64,000 bases of DNA from Klebsormidium nitens (taxonomy: Eukaryota > Plantae > Klebsormidiophyceae), in contig DF237226.1 of NCBI GenBank assembly GCA_000708835.1, positions 1 through 64,000 on the forward strand, given 5' to 3'. Within the stretch, counting starts at the first letter, position 1. The number at the start of each line of letters is the position of its first letter. Shown here piece after piece: positions 27,351 through 40,201 of this stretch. Position numbers and translations under genes: made by a program. The notes under the pieces were generated by a model. That model searched no databases and was not told where the DNA came from. It was given only the letters and a program-made list of their open reading frames with translations.

Positions 27351-28921
27351 TCAGATTTCAGGAAGACATGCAGAAAGGCAGCACAACCGAGCAATGATGC
27401 AAAGAACATGTGTGCAGGAACCTGGCGTTGAACGACCACCAGCTGCGGTATGGGGACCACTAGTTTCTGGATGGATGTCCCCGGCATTGAATGCAACCAG
27501 CCACTTGGTGAAAGTCACCAAAGCTGCAACCACGAACACAATATGTGAGAAAGCGCACCCCCCTGTCGCATTTGCAGATGGTGGCAGGGAGACCTCGCAG
27601 CCTGAAGAGATTTGCCATCTAACTTGAACAATCTGGGGCTCGCTGCACCAGAGTCTCTGTCTTGCCGCAAGTGTCATAGACCTTCTTGAAACGTTGTGCA
27701 CGATTTGCATTGACTTGGGTTCTTGTTTCTATGTGTACGAATGTGTCAGCTTGGTGTAGCACTCAGTCAACTTCTTTGGGGATGATTGCTCAAACCCTTC
27801 GTCTACCAAGGTCTGCTGCTTGTCTTGAATGGCCTCTGAAAGTTGCTGCAAAGGAGTGTTTCTGCACAGTTTGAGAAAACTCCAAAGACAAGGCGTCTTA
27901 TTCGTTGCCTGTGAGGGAGTGTCATTGTTGCTCTTTGCCATACTTTGCTTGCTCGGACAGTTGGCAACTTCACCCATCTTAAGCAATTCTCGGTCTTGTC
28001 GCTTGTGTCCGTTTTTCCATGTTTTCAATGCCTTCAAGAACGTCCGAGCACAGACAGCTGTCCTACAATTGATATCAATTGCTGTCATGGCTCTTGAACG
28101 AGGCGTCGCCAGCTTGAGCCCACTCTATGTCTCTCTTGCCACCTGTCGTAACTCTCTCTGCAGTGCTTCCTCTGAAGCGCCAGGTTGCATGGGGTCGAAC
28201 CGCCAGCTGGCGGTCGGCGAGGCTGTTGGTGCGGTTGGAAACGAGAACGTCCCTGCTGGGTTGGGGTCCCAGACCGTAAGGTGGGATTGCCTGCGCAATA
28301 AGGAATGGAACACAAATGTGTTGCTGGCTGAGGAACACTCGCATGGGCGAACACTAAGAGTCTCCATGATTGCAATACTGTATGGGGAGCGCTGAGTATC
28401 TTCCAAATGATTTGAGGGACGAATACCGCTGTGACCACCAGCAGGCTCTTATACTTTCTGCGCGACTGTGCGCCATTTGCGTTTGTTTTTGCTCGATTCA
28501 AAAACATCATCAAGCGCCATTCTCCTGGCGTCTGGGTCACTCTTTCGAGCAAAGATCTTGACCCATGCCAGCTGGCAACATCCCAAGATTCTAATGATCA
28601 TGCTAGCATGCCTTCCAAGCTTTCGCTGAGTCTATCTGTCAAATATTCAGCACGGGGTTTTGTGTGCCTCGCATCTGCCATGCTCCGGCAATCCACATGG
28701 ACTTTCGGTATTCGATCCTGCTGCAACGCTTCATGGGCCTTTCGTAAAGGTTTGTGTGCGGAGCCTTTGAAACGCCTAGGGACAGCTGTTTGACAGCTGT
28801 TCGACAGCTGTTTTGACTGGGACACATCCAACTTCTCGGTTTTTCGAACAGCTGAGAGCTGGCAAAGACCAGGACACAGGATATCGCAGTTGAACGCCAG
28901 CAGCTTTTGGAACTGTCTCAT
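27351..28921 (-). pseudogene. Relic intronless coding stretch of about 1.6 kb with in-frame stops and one frame change
   Basis: ORFs 28598-28921 and 28085-28552 share one frame with a single TGA between them. ORFs 28125-28406, 27729-28088 and 27351-27710 share a second frame with a single TAG between each pair. No family recognised. Confidence 0.4.
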
Positions 28922-29000
28922 ATGTTAACATATTACCAGATACTCCTCATCTTGCAGCACGGCAGGGCAAGCTGTCCACAACCTCTCCTCTCCCCAACCC

Positions 29001-32000
29001 ATGCAAGCCCCCACCAATCCCCTGAATAAACCCTCCTCCATCGCCCTCAGCTATGACTCCTCGCCGGCAGAGCCACAAACGGTCCTCAGGGAGCGCTCTT
29101 CCAACCTCCACGAGCAGACCGGGGGGTGGCTTTCTTCAAACACTTATAACCAGTCAGAGGCGGGTGAAACAGCAGCAGGAGCCAAGTGGAAAGGGGAAGC
29201 AGCTCGAGGGAGATATGCTGGGGCCATGACAGAAGAAGACACGCTGGCTGAGCAGGAGAATCGGATCCCCAGGGAACGCACAAGGTTTCAACCGCTGACA
29301 GCTCGCGAACTCAGGAGGCAGGCGCTCGAGTGGGACGAAAGTTTTGTTAAGGAAACGGGACGCAACGTAAGGACGGGGCCTGCGCAGAGCGCGAAGCAGG
29401 TCAGCCTGAAAGTCTTGGCATGTAGTACCGCTTGCTTGGTAATCACCGGTTTGTCTTGCAATTGGGGAGCAGGGAGGGCAGTGACTGCAGGAGATCATGA
29501 TGAATCGAAGGCTGGTGTCTGCAAAATCAGAAGAACAGATGTACACATCGAACGCCTCAAAATACGAGGCTCAAGACCAGGAGTACTAAAGCCCGGAACA
29601 AGTCATTTGACAAAGAACCGCTCGTGCTTCGACACCGCTAATGTCTTCTATGATGTTTCTGGCTGTCATAACCCGCACCGAGTAGCGCCTGACTTATCAA
29701 ACGTGCGCAGGTGGACCAGAGCAAGGGGCTCGATGCCATGAGGGAGGCTGTTGCGGCGCTGGATCTGAATGCGGGCTGCGACAAGGTTGGGAGCAGTGAG
29801 GAAAGGGCGACGGAAGGGCCGACATTTGGGTGGGAGAGGTCGCCGTTGGCCACGGTCAGGCTCACTGCACAAGCCGGGGTGCAAGGTGACGTGGGGGTGA
29901 TGAAGGTGCGTAACTCGATTCTGGCTGAAGGCACACGCTAGCCTGCGAATATAAGAAGGAAAGTGTTTACAGAATCCATGTAAAGCAGTCTGGAAGTCAT
30001 CTTGCCACGCCACGCTTACTCGATGTGCCACAAGAACTGGGTCGACTTTGTTGGGCAACAGGCGTACTTCGATATTGCCCGCCCTTTTGGGTTCAACCTG
30101 TGGAGATGGCGCCTTTTTGTGGGTTGACTTACCGAAGTAATCGTGGATCTCGATCGGCAAAAGCGGCTCGCTTTTGCTCCAGTGAGGAATTCGCTGTGTG
30201 GAAAACAGGCCAAAGTTACAGCTTAGCAATTCTCAGCAGCGCCCACTAGAGAGCACAACCGCCGTGGCGGTCTGCTTATCGCAATCGTCTTACGACGGCC
30301 GTCAACGTATTGCATAACAAAGCACATTCCCCATCCGCAGGTTGCTTGGGACTGGGCCTTGGCGGTGCTGAGGACTCTCGGCGACGGCGCGCTGAAAGGC
30401 GCGGACGGTCTGGACCGGGAAACGATCTGCGCCCTGACGGACGTTTGTGCATACGCTCTCCGTGTGCCTTTGCAGCAGGTGAGTCGCACGAGCAAGTGGA
30501 CCAATGAGGTCATTTTGACGTCATGGCTTGACCCATGGCTTGACCCATGCGACTGACGTCATATTGACTACATACAGTCATATTGACTACAGAAGCGTTG
30601 AAGGACTGGTTTTTGCATATGGACGAGTTGAGACGAGATGGCGCGATCTGAAGCAACGCATTCCGATATTCTGAGTTGCCATTCCGATATTCTGAGTTGC
30701 CAAGAACTGTTTGAGTTGGAGTTAGCGAGCTACTTGACAAAAGCGCCGCAGTTTCCAGCCATGCCCTTTGGAAGGGAAATTTAGTTCACAAAAACCCGTT
30801 TCGAGAAAGCGGCAGACGCGAGCAATTGGCTTTAAAGGAGCGCAGCGTGTCGATCCCCGTGTAGCACGGTAGCAAAAACTTAGAAAGAGTTTCGCGTGCT
30901 ACTCGCCCTAAGCAAGAGGTCCAGCACGTTGTTTTGGCGTCTGGCAGCTTGTATGCAAGCATGAAGCGAGGGAAGGAGCAGATCATTGCGGAGCAAGCGA
31001 ACGCATGTCACCCATTCCTTTCCGAAAAGGCATACGGACAGACTTCAGGCTTCCTGTTCCCAAATTCAAAATTGCGAATTTTTCCGTTAGCCGATCAATC
31101 TTCGTAAGCGCTCACATCTTCCGCGGCCCCTTTCTTCGCAGCGCTTGCGCATCTACCGTTCCCTAATCAGCGCCGGCCTCCTCGCCGCCGTCGCGGCCGC
31201 GCTGACGGCTGACGACGCGAAGCTCTGGGAGGCCGCCACGTGTATGCTGACGTGGACGCTCGTCCGCGATCCTCCGTCGCTGCGCGCGCACCTGCCCGCC
31301 GTCCGACGCCTGCTGCACCGCTTCCCGATCGTCGAAGCGACGCTCGCGGTGGGCGAAGGGCGCCTGCAGACCCGCCTGGCGAAACTGATGCACGGCCTGC
31401 TCAGTCTGACAAACGTAAGCATATCGTTGACAAATGCGGCCAGATTCTACCCTGCACTTTACCTGGTTTTTGGTGGCAAACGATCCGAGACGAGCTTCGA
31501 AACAAGTTGATCTGAAGGTCTGCCACTATTTGTCTCCGGTCTCGGTGTCGAGGTCTATGCCAAACGCAGGAAAGTTCGAGCCGCCCTGACCTTATATTAA
31601 GTTCGAAGGACGAAGACTGGCGCAACCCGTTTGTCAGTGTCAACACCGAGTTGAACCATAGAATCAAAGTGCCATAAGGTTCCGACTTTGCAGCCGAGCA
31701 CACCAGCAAGCGAATTCACAATACATCTCACTGATCGCCACGTGCCCCTTTTTCTGCGCAGACTGTGAATACCGCATGGCTGGACCCCCTGCTGGATGAC
31801 GTCATCCAGCAGGTTGTAGCGCTGATTGCGGCTGACGTCAGCGCTGCCAGCGGGGGTGCCTTTGACGAGCAGAGCGACGAGGCGGAGATGCGCAAGCTCA
31901 AGTACGCGTGCAACATGCTGACGAACTGCGTACGTCACTATGGCGCCAGCCTTGGGTAAGCCGGTCGAACGCCCTTCAATGTCCGGTTCTCACGGGTTTC

Positions 32001-33531
32001 CAAGTTTTTGTGAGGTGTTGACATCCAAGTCAGGCGTCCGATGACTCGGGAACGGCGCTGGGCTTGAAAAGTGATGTGCCTGTCCAAAGCCTTACTTCGT
32101 GAAAGTACTTTTTGGCTCCCTTTTTTACATCGCCCGGAAATGTCTAGCGTTCCCTTCCACATTTGCGGTGGGTTTTGGCGTTATTTTGGGGACTAATGAC
32201 ATCCTTTGAAGGGGCTCCTTTGTTGCTCGCCTCTTTCGAAATGCACTACCGAATTCGATCAAAAAGTTTCTTTTCTGCGCTGCCGAGGCCGCAACCGGTT
32301 GAATCACAACATGCATTTTGGGCAGTCTTTCTTTCTTTGAGGGCATCGACTGAACCTTCGATCAGCTGCGCCGACTGTACCACAGACACGTGGCACGACT
32401 AATGACGTGGAACAATTCGGTTTCTGGGCCGCTCCTTTAGGAAGGTTCTGCCAGCGAGCAGCGACTGTGATATTGCAGGGTGCGCTTCAACGTCAACTAT
32501 ATGCAAAATGCAATTACCTTAACTGAGAAAGAGAAACAGCAAAGGCGCAGGCAAAGCGGCACTACCTTCGTTTAATCAAGACACTTTTAATCATCTTATT
32601 GACGCTCCCTTCGATGAATTCCTCTTTTCTTTCGTCAGGCCGATCTTGCTCCGCCACCGAGCCCCGGAGGCGATCGCGTGTCTGGTCGCCTGCCGGCCGC
32701 AAGACTTCGCGGCCGCGGGCGCGCGCTTTCTGCGCATGTGCCTGGAGCGCCGGGACCCGGGGTACGTACCGCGGCTCGTTCGCGGCGACCTGTTCGCGCC
32801 CGTGCTCGCGGCGTATCCAGCCAACGCGGGAGCTGGCAACCCGATCGCGGTGGAGGTTCTCGCTCTCGTAAATTTTGTTGTGGAGGTACATACCGCCATC
32901 AATCTTAAGTTCAAAATGTTGGTGTTGATGTTGCGTTCGGTGGGTGATTCCAGTTTTACTGTGTCGCTTGACAGTCAGAGAACAGTAATTGCAGTACAAG
33001 GCCAGGGACATGGATATGTATGTCTGAGAGACTGGATTTGGGACCAGAAAGTGGACGCGAAGAGTCTCTTGTCGTTCTGGAGGCATGAGTGGAAACCACA
33101 ACCTAAAGGTCTGAAGACTTTTGTCGGCGTCTGAGAAAAGTTCGTTATCGGGCGCTTGCTCAGTCGGAGGCATGGCTCGGAGACAGTCTGCTCTGAGACT
33201 CCTCTGACCTGTTTTCTGACCCTGTTTTCCTGGAGGTTTTTGCTGACATGGGCTCCAGCAATCGCTGCTTGCCACTTCCCTTCGACAAATTCAGCCGATA
33301 ATATCCGTTTGTAAGGTCAGATATCAATTTGTGCCTCTTGGCAAGCCAAGCGATCCCAGTTTGTTGTACATAGCCTTACAAACGATCTTTACTTTCTGTT
33401 GGCAGGAGAACATCACCGATGTCGTGCGGTATCTGTGGGAGCAATTTGGCCACTTTTACTACATGGTGCGCCACGTTCCTACTTTCAGCAAGCTACGGAT
33501 CAAGTACGAAGAGATCATGACAACATATTGA
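29001..33531 (+). CDS. Divergent PP4R3/SMEK/Psy2-like protein (protein phosphatase 4 regulatory subunit 3 family, ARM/HEAT-type body)
   Basis: Phase-consistent exons 30341-30478, 31142-31414, 31762-31955, 32639-32885 and 33406-33531. 5' exons start at about 29001 and 29698, and one junction near 29990-30060 is unresolved. AGARFLRMCLERRDPGYVPRLVRGDLFAPVL, NPIAVEVLALVNFVVE|ENITDVVRYLWEQF and VPTFSKLRIKYEE line up with the PP4R3 C-terminal region as I recall it. Confidence 0.72.
30522..30705. repeat. Cluster of short perfect tandem duplications in an intron
   Basis: CATGGCTTGACC x2, GTCATATTGACTAC x2 and ATTCCGATATTCTGAGTTGCC x2. Confidence 0.85.
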
Positions 33532-35073
33532 GCTTATTGACTGTGGATGAAATGACAAAGATAGGACACTGCGTTTTCTAGAACTGTGCACGCTACTGAT
33601 TGTTGATTGATGATTAGTGATAGAGGGTTGCTTCAAGCATGCGAGTGTGTGGTGCGTCGGACTTTAGTTGAATGGACGGCCGGGGTAGAGTCACCGCGCA
33701 AGATCAGAAACAAGGGACAGGAATAAAAAAGGACGACACTTTGAAGTCCTCTGATTAAGAAAACCGCAGTGCAAGCGTCAACAATTGCTCAGATATAATG
33801 CAGTAGGCCAACGGCAGACGGCAGCTGCAAAGGCTAATTCAGAAAGGTACCAATAAGAGACAAGAGACAACCGAGAGATTTGGTAAAGCTCCCCGAAAAT
33901 GAATTGATAAGTGGACTTTCTTTGAACTTCGATCGTCATACTACCTTTGTAGCGTCCAGAAGTAGCTAGTTTAGCCAATGGAGATCACTGAGTGGTTCTT
34001 TCATTAGAAACAATGGAGCAGGCCCGCATTTGAGATCGGACTCACCTCAGATCGGCCGGCATGAATGCACTGCCAGCCTGAAAGGCGCCGGGAAGCCACT
34101 CTCACTACTGCGACCGTCGTCTTCAACGTAGACTACACTAGATAACAAGAATGTTTCTGTCTGACTTCAGCAGACCACTAGCTCATAAGCTAGTCGGACA
34201 TGAATAATTGTTCTAATTATATTCATTGCGCTGGAGCCGCCAGCCTGCGCGCCATGCGCCGGATTTGCATGTAGTATAGCTTAGTAGATGTCACCGATAG
34301 CTTTGAGGCGCCGCGACTGCCGACTGGTCGATCTCCAATATCCAATGCGAATGATTCATGGTACGCATACACGTAGCAAACTGACAGTGCCAAAGAGGAA
34401 TTGAATGCCGTGCCGCCGTACTTGATCTCATGCAAGCTTTAACGTGTCAGCGACGAACTGTAAAAAGCAGGCCGCGCCACGGATGGTCGAGTTTGGCATC
34501 ATTGGTACCGTACACTGACATGGGCCCTAGAGCTAGCTCATTGTCATGTGGCGGCCCGCGCCGCGGCGCGCCCAAACTGCAGTGCGGCTTTGACATTTCA
34601 CTGGGTACAGACTAGGCTGCTAGTCATATTAGTAAAGTCCATGCGACTACGGTGAATTGTCAGAGAGGGTCATTGGCTGCAGCGCACAAGGTGCTCCAGC
34701 CAAACCATAACGTGAAGCCTGTCGCAAGTCAAAGCTGTGCACGGCGGAAACTTTGACATGCAATGATGCGGCCTTTGACCAGCAGTTGAAACTCAAGCCA
34801 GTGGCCAGGGCTCTAGGTCAGGACGGATGCAAGGTGGTCACAACGGGCCCGGCTAATAGATGCACACTGACTCAGGTTGATGTTTCAAGCCCGGTTTACT
34901 AAGTCCAACCTATGCTTGACGATGTTAAGGCAAACCACTGAACAGGCAAGGCTAAGGGCGGCCCGCAGACTCATTTTGTTGCAAACCACTTGTTGACATC
35001 ACACGCAAATCGACTTCTAGCTATACGTACAGTCAAGTGCAATAAGAGTCCATTTGAATACTACACACACATC

Positions 35074-38000
35074 CTATCTACATCTGTACAGGCCTGATTC
35101 CGATGTAGTTGACCCGGACGCCGAAGGTCCAACTGAGCTGGTTGCGTCGTCAGTGCTCTCCTCAAAATCAGCAAGTGAGGCATCACTTGCTGTTGTCGAC
35201 CCCGTCGTAGGTCCCTCGGCAGGCCGCTGGAGAAAGAGCAACAACGGGTTAACGCCAAGATGGATGCGCATAAAACACATGCATCAGTTGACCGCGAGCG
35301 GCCCCTGATTCTACGGTCCAATGGTTCCTATCCTCAAGCACGCTCGAACTGAACGCCCTTTGAGAAGCTTCTTTCACGGCTTTGGGAGTAAAAGCTGAGT
35401 CGCGAATCCTAGAAAGACTTTCACCGCTTGTTGGCGTTTGACTCAAATACACAGGTATTGGATCCAGAATCAATGCTTTCATTCGGAAGCACGGAGCGGA
35501 TGCCACCAGAAAAGAACGATGGAAGACTGCCAGTATGTTCCCTCCTGCTGACATTAGATTCAACATGCAACACCTCTCGAGTCGACTATCGAAGATTGAG
35601 CATCAAAGAGCGCACAGCCCGTTCTCGAGGCACAGGCTACAACTTTGGGGTCACAGAGAGAACGTCAGACTTGCTACCATAACGAATTGCTGTGTGCAGC
35701 GTCATCCGAACAGCCAGCAATTTAAGTATAGAGCAGGAACGTGACCCACCTCATCTCGCTCCTAAGGACCCACTCGGCCTTAGCAGCTCCTCCAAAAGAG
35801 CCTGCATCAGAAACTTAGCTTGAGATAGTTCGCGATCCCAGTGCAATCATTGGACGTCTGAACATCTGAAGAGTGCTTGGCGAAGCAAGGATCCGGCTGA
35901 TCAGAAGTGTCTACCCATTCCAGAGTCGACGTGGCGGTCCGCTTTCAAAAGCAAATTAGCGTAATCCGTCGGCTCAATCGCTGATCGCCAAGATCCAGTC
36001 GGACCCCTTTGGCTTTGTTTGCAATCTAGAAGAGTGATGCTACAGAGCAGAGAAGAAGAGATGCGGAAATCGTGGTCACTTCCGCAAAGGCTCCACCTTC
36101 CACTGGATCGTCACTTCAGAAACACCAAGTCGTGGACTAAGATGCCTTACCCATACGATGGGTGGCTATCCACCGACCCAAGATCGAAAATGTCCCTTGA
36201 TCCTCGACACTGCTTTCTTGGCCCCCACCACCATCCGGCGGCGATGCCCTTGTTGGTACGCATCGGTCGGCATAATCCCAAAAGATCCACATAGGCTCCC
36301 TAATATCGCCGCGATCTCCTCCACAGGGGAATCCGAAGCGTCGGCCAATGCACAGGTGAGCCCAAAAGTTCCCGCCACGTGTGGGAAGTCGTTGAATACC
36401 GAGTCCGCCCAAACGAATTCCGACTCCGTGCTCCCAAAAGCCACTGGTCCGCCGATCGTCCTCGTTTCTGCTCTACGAGAACGAATCGCATCAAGCACGC
36501 CAAGGGCCACGTAGGCCAGCCCCGTCGTGTCGGGGCAGTGCCCCAGAGCGTGGGGGAGCGATTCAAGCAGCACGCTATTCGTGTTGCAACCCCAGAGGAG
36601 GCGAGCAATCTGATGCTCGACAAGGGGTGGATAAGGCTCGTGGCCACGCTGCAAAAGAGAGGAATCAAGCAACTCCATAAGTATTCCTGCTGGTTTGGTA
36701 CAACGGCGTCAAGCTCCTTCTTCCATTGAACAGAATTAAGCCCGACAAGCCCGACAAGCCCGAGTCGACTGTCTGAAATCGGAATACCCACAAGTTATGC
36801 TGAGTATGCTTGAAACCCGACTATGTGATCAAAGGACTCAAAATATGCTTTTCTAGGCTTTAGAGGTTTTAGGCATTCTAAGATTTGGAGCGTTTTCTAT
36901 TAAGCGTCAATATGCGATCCTTCTGACGACAGGATCTCTATGGTTTTGCCACAAAGCGACACCATAACCTGAGGTGACCCCCAAAGCTGAAGAGCACCTC
37001 AGTTCACATGCTTACTGGCTAGGACTGGAGAACTTCCTTGAAAAGAATCAGATGCGGTCAGGGCTCCAAGAATGTTTCGCAAGGGGTTCATGTTCTTACC
37101 GTAGGACTGAAGGATGCTTCCCTCAGGAACTCCAGAAAAGCAGCCTTTCCATGGGACGGCCTCCTTTGGAAGCACAAGGCTATTGTGCACAGCCCTTGCT
37201 GTTCTTCGTGGTCGAGCACCCCTCGAACACGCTGCTCTGTCTCAGATCTCAGATCTAGCAGGAGATTACAGTTTGAGGGTATCTCCTGGCCCACTCCGCA
37301 TCCTCCCTCTGCTGTGGCCAAACCACTGATCTGAGGCTGCCCCTGACGCTGTCTATCATCACCAAAACACCCCTCTAAACCACGTCTCCCTCCTTCTGCC
37401 TCTGGTTGCCTTTCTTCTCTTCCGGACTTCCACGTGTCTGCCTGCTTATGCGTCCCAGACCCCCCGCTGCTAAGATTTCTAGCACGACGCATGGCCTTGA
37501 GTGGGTCTATGTTCAGACGCCGCCACGGGCAGCCTGGCTCACGTGGATCGTCGTTGACATGGTCTTCAACAGCTGGCAAGAAGGAAGAGTCAGTACATGC
37601 CTCAGATGTCCTGGGAGGATGGGAGACCAGAAAGGTGAAGCCTTGGGCTTTCATTCGTACTCAAGAGATGGGAACTAATTCTTCCTTCTCCCTTTGAACT
37701 AGCAGTCCAGTCTACGTGACAATTTAATGATCGAAGAGGTTTTTGACCAGCTAACGCAGCTCGCGGTCACCCGATTTGGTTCTGCAATGCTCAGTTGGAA
37801 TGTCCTTGAGTTCAAAGTTCAGTGCTTTGCTGAGTTGTTGGGAGTCTGCTTTCTCTAGACTCCAGAGATCTTCATACGGTCAGCAAAACGCAGTATCTCA
37901 CGCAAGAACAGCATTTGGAATGTGCCATGGCCACTAATGTCGACAGGCGCCTATAATCAGAGAAAGTATGTTTCTCCTGCACGAGCACTTTGGAAAGGTC

Positions 38001-38806
38001 ACCTGCCTTGATTAGAATCCATAGTGAAAAGGCACAGATTGATAAATGTAGACAGGTGTCCAGCATTGAACTTGAGCGAACAATAGGTGAAAAGCGTTTT
38101 TGCAAAGCAGTGTGACTGAGCTGATCCCTGCTGCACGAATCTGAACCTTCGCATCTTTCATCTCATTGTCCCAACTTAGACCAACGTGCTCTCCAGGGTC
38201 ACAGACAGCAAGCAAACCATGGTACAGTTCTCAAGCTGCGACCAGGCCTGAAACAACAGCAAAACTGTAATATCGTGGATGAAGAGTATGAAAATCCTAC
38301 TGACCAAGGCAACACCTTTAATGGCCAATCATTGGAATTTGACGAGGTAGTCTGCTGGAACTGACATTTAGCATGTTAGACATAGAGTCTGCAAATCTAT
38401 GACAATCTTACATGCTTAAAAGGTGAAGAGGAGACACACCTGATGAAGATTGCCCTTCTTCACGAGGCTGGCAACCTTTCAGGAACTTCTCCTGATATTC
38501 CTCGGATACATGGCGGGGGTCGCTGACAGGACAGTCCCTTGGCAGGTGCAGGAGCTTTACCAAAGTCGCGCACTCGCAGGTTCTTGCACCCTGCTCAGGG
38601 GCTGCACAACAGACCGCCAGGTTCCGATAGAGTCTATCTCGGAGCTCCTGCCGGTGTTTGCCATCTCCCCGACAAACGGCCTCGTCAAGCAGCGTCTGGA
38701 AAGCCGCCACAGCAGGCTGTCGAGGCCGCGTTGTTGCATTCCCTGCATTCACCCCCATTCTGCGTGCTTTGGAGGGTTTGCTGCTGCCAGACTCGAGTGC
38801 TTGCAT
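35074..38806 (-). pseudogene. Degenerate or frameshifted helical-repeat gene, a probable distant paralog of the 21875-25863 gene
   Basis: ATG at 38806 with a protein-like first exon ending in a GTGTGT donor. Further coding-like segments at about 37100-37260 (GTAAGA donor), 36166-36690 (frame change at the G5 run 36552-36556) and a terminal exon at 35074-35226. No MYND finger found. Confidence 0.5.
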
Positions 38807-39371
38807 GTCAAAAGTTAAACTTGGCTGGCTAGAGCTGGGGTATGGGAACTGCTCTTTAGCACGACAGCTGTGCCAGACCTCCAGGGGAATCCAGGTGACT
38901 GCGGTGATTGTTGAAAGGTCCGAATTCTGCCATTGTGATGCTGAATAACATTGACAAGGTCGAGTGCGAATTCACCCCCGACCCGCCCACTACTTAACAG
39001 CTGTAACTGTAAAAGCACGAGCGCACCCTCAACCAGGGAGCGGCCGTTAAGGCTGTGGCATGTGCAACAACCTACTACAAGTGGCAGGGAGAGCAGAATG
39101 AGAGCGAGTGAGCACTAGAGACCCCCTGCCATTCTAGCCCGATGTTGCAACCAAAGCGGACAAGCTGGCTCGTAAATCCTTGGGGTTCAGGTTCTGCAAG
39201 TTAAGCCTTCAAATGTGCCTCATAAAGGAGTAGGCTTGGCACCCCGCCTGCAAGGACGAGATTGACCCAGCGTGCCTGCTCTGATCGGGCAGATTGTGAC
39301 AACAGCTAGGCAGAATGGGCAAATGGGCCGCCACAGCAATGACTTTGAGGCTCGAGCACAGCCGCTGCCAT

Positions 39372-39554
39372 GCAAGACGGGCAAGACGGGCAAGACAGTC
39401 CCCCAGGCTGCCAAGATGCAGGCCAAGATGGGCCAAGAATCAAGATGGGCAAGCTAGATGGGCAAGCTGGGCAAGATGGGCAAGCTGGGCAAGATGGGGC
39501 AAGCTGGCCGGGCAAGCTTAGAGCTAGATGGGCTAGATGGGCCAGATGGGCAAG
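39372..39554. repeat. Minisatellite of 9-10 bp units (GGGCAAGAT/GGGCAAGCT)
   Basis: Read directly. Irregular unit lengths break the frame. Confidence 0.9.
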
Positions 39555-40201
39555 CCATTGGCATGAGCAAGGGCGAGATGCCAGGTGGCAATTAGAATAC
39601 CGTATGCTGGCCCGGGGCCCCGCGCCGGAGGCGGCCGCCGAGCCTAGGCGGGCCCGGCCGTCATCCGACCGTGAAGACGGCTATTGCTCACTGTCAGCCG
39701 TCGATTCAAGATTCTGTATGACCCAAACGAGCACATCGAGCCCAACACGCCCGAGAAGGCCAGATGGTCCAGATGGACTTCATATGGACGTCAAAACTGC
39801 GCGGTAGCACTTGGCAGCTGGCTCAGTTAGCTGCAGCACTCCGGCCCTTCAGCTACTGCAGAACGCCGCACTGCACAAGTCGCAGATCACCTGGGCATAC
39901 GTGTGCTCTTTGATCTGATTCAGCTAGTACTAGGAGCTGAGCTGCCCGTGCTAGGTTGACCATGTATATTGTAGGTCGGACTGTGCTTCGTAGTTGCTAC
40001 AACCAGCTTGGGTGGAAAGCGTCCATTGAAAGGCTTACTTTTCAGCTGCAACTGGTGCGCAAACGCAAGATAGAGAAGCTAGCCGAGCGTCAGCGAAGAG
40101 TCCCTTGACCAGCTGTGATCAACTTCTGCGCCGCTCGATTGGAGGCACCTCGATCACTTCCTCGACTTCAAGACAGCAAATATCACCTTCCGTGCGCAAC
40201 A

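Noticed and set aside
32562-33275. 237-aa minus-strand ORF
   Set aside because: Antisense shadow of the GC-rich PP4R3-like exon 32639-32885 plus intron sequence.
39370-39807. Collagen-like ORF (GQDGQAGQDG)
   Set aside because: It is the translation of the GGGCAAGAT/CT minisatellite. The Gly-X-Y register breaks after a few triplets, and there is no signal peptide or splice support.
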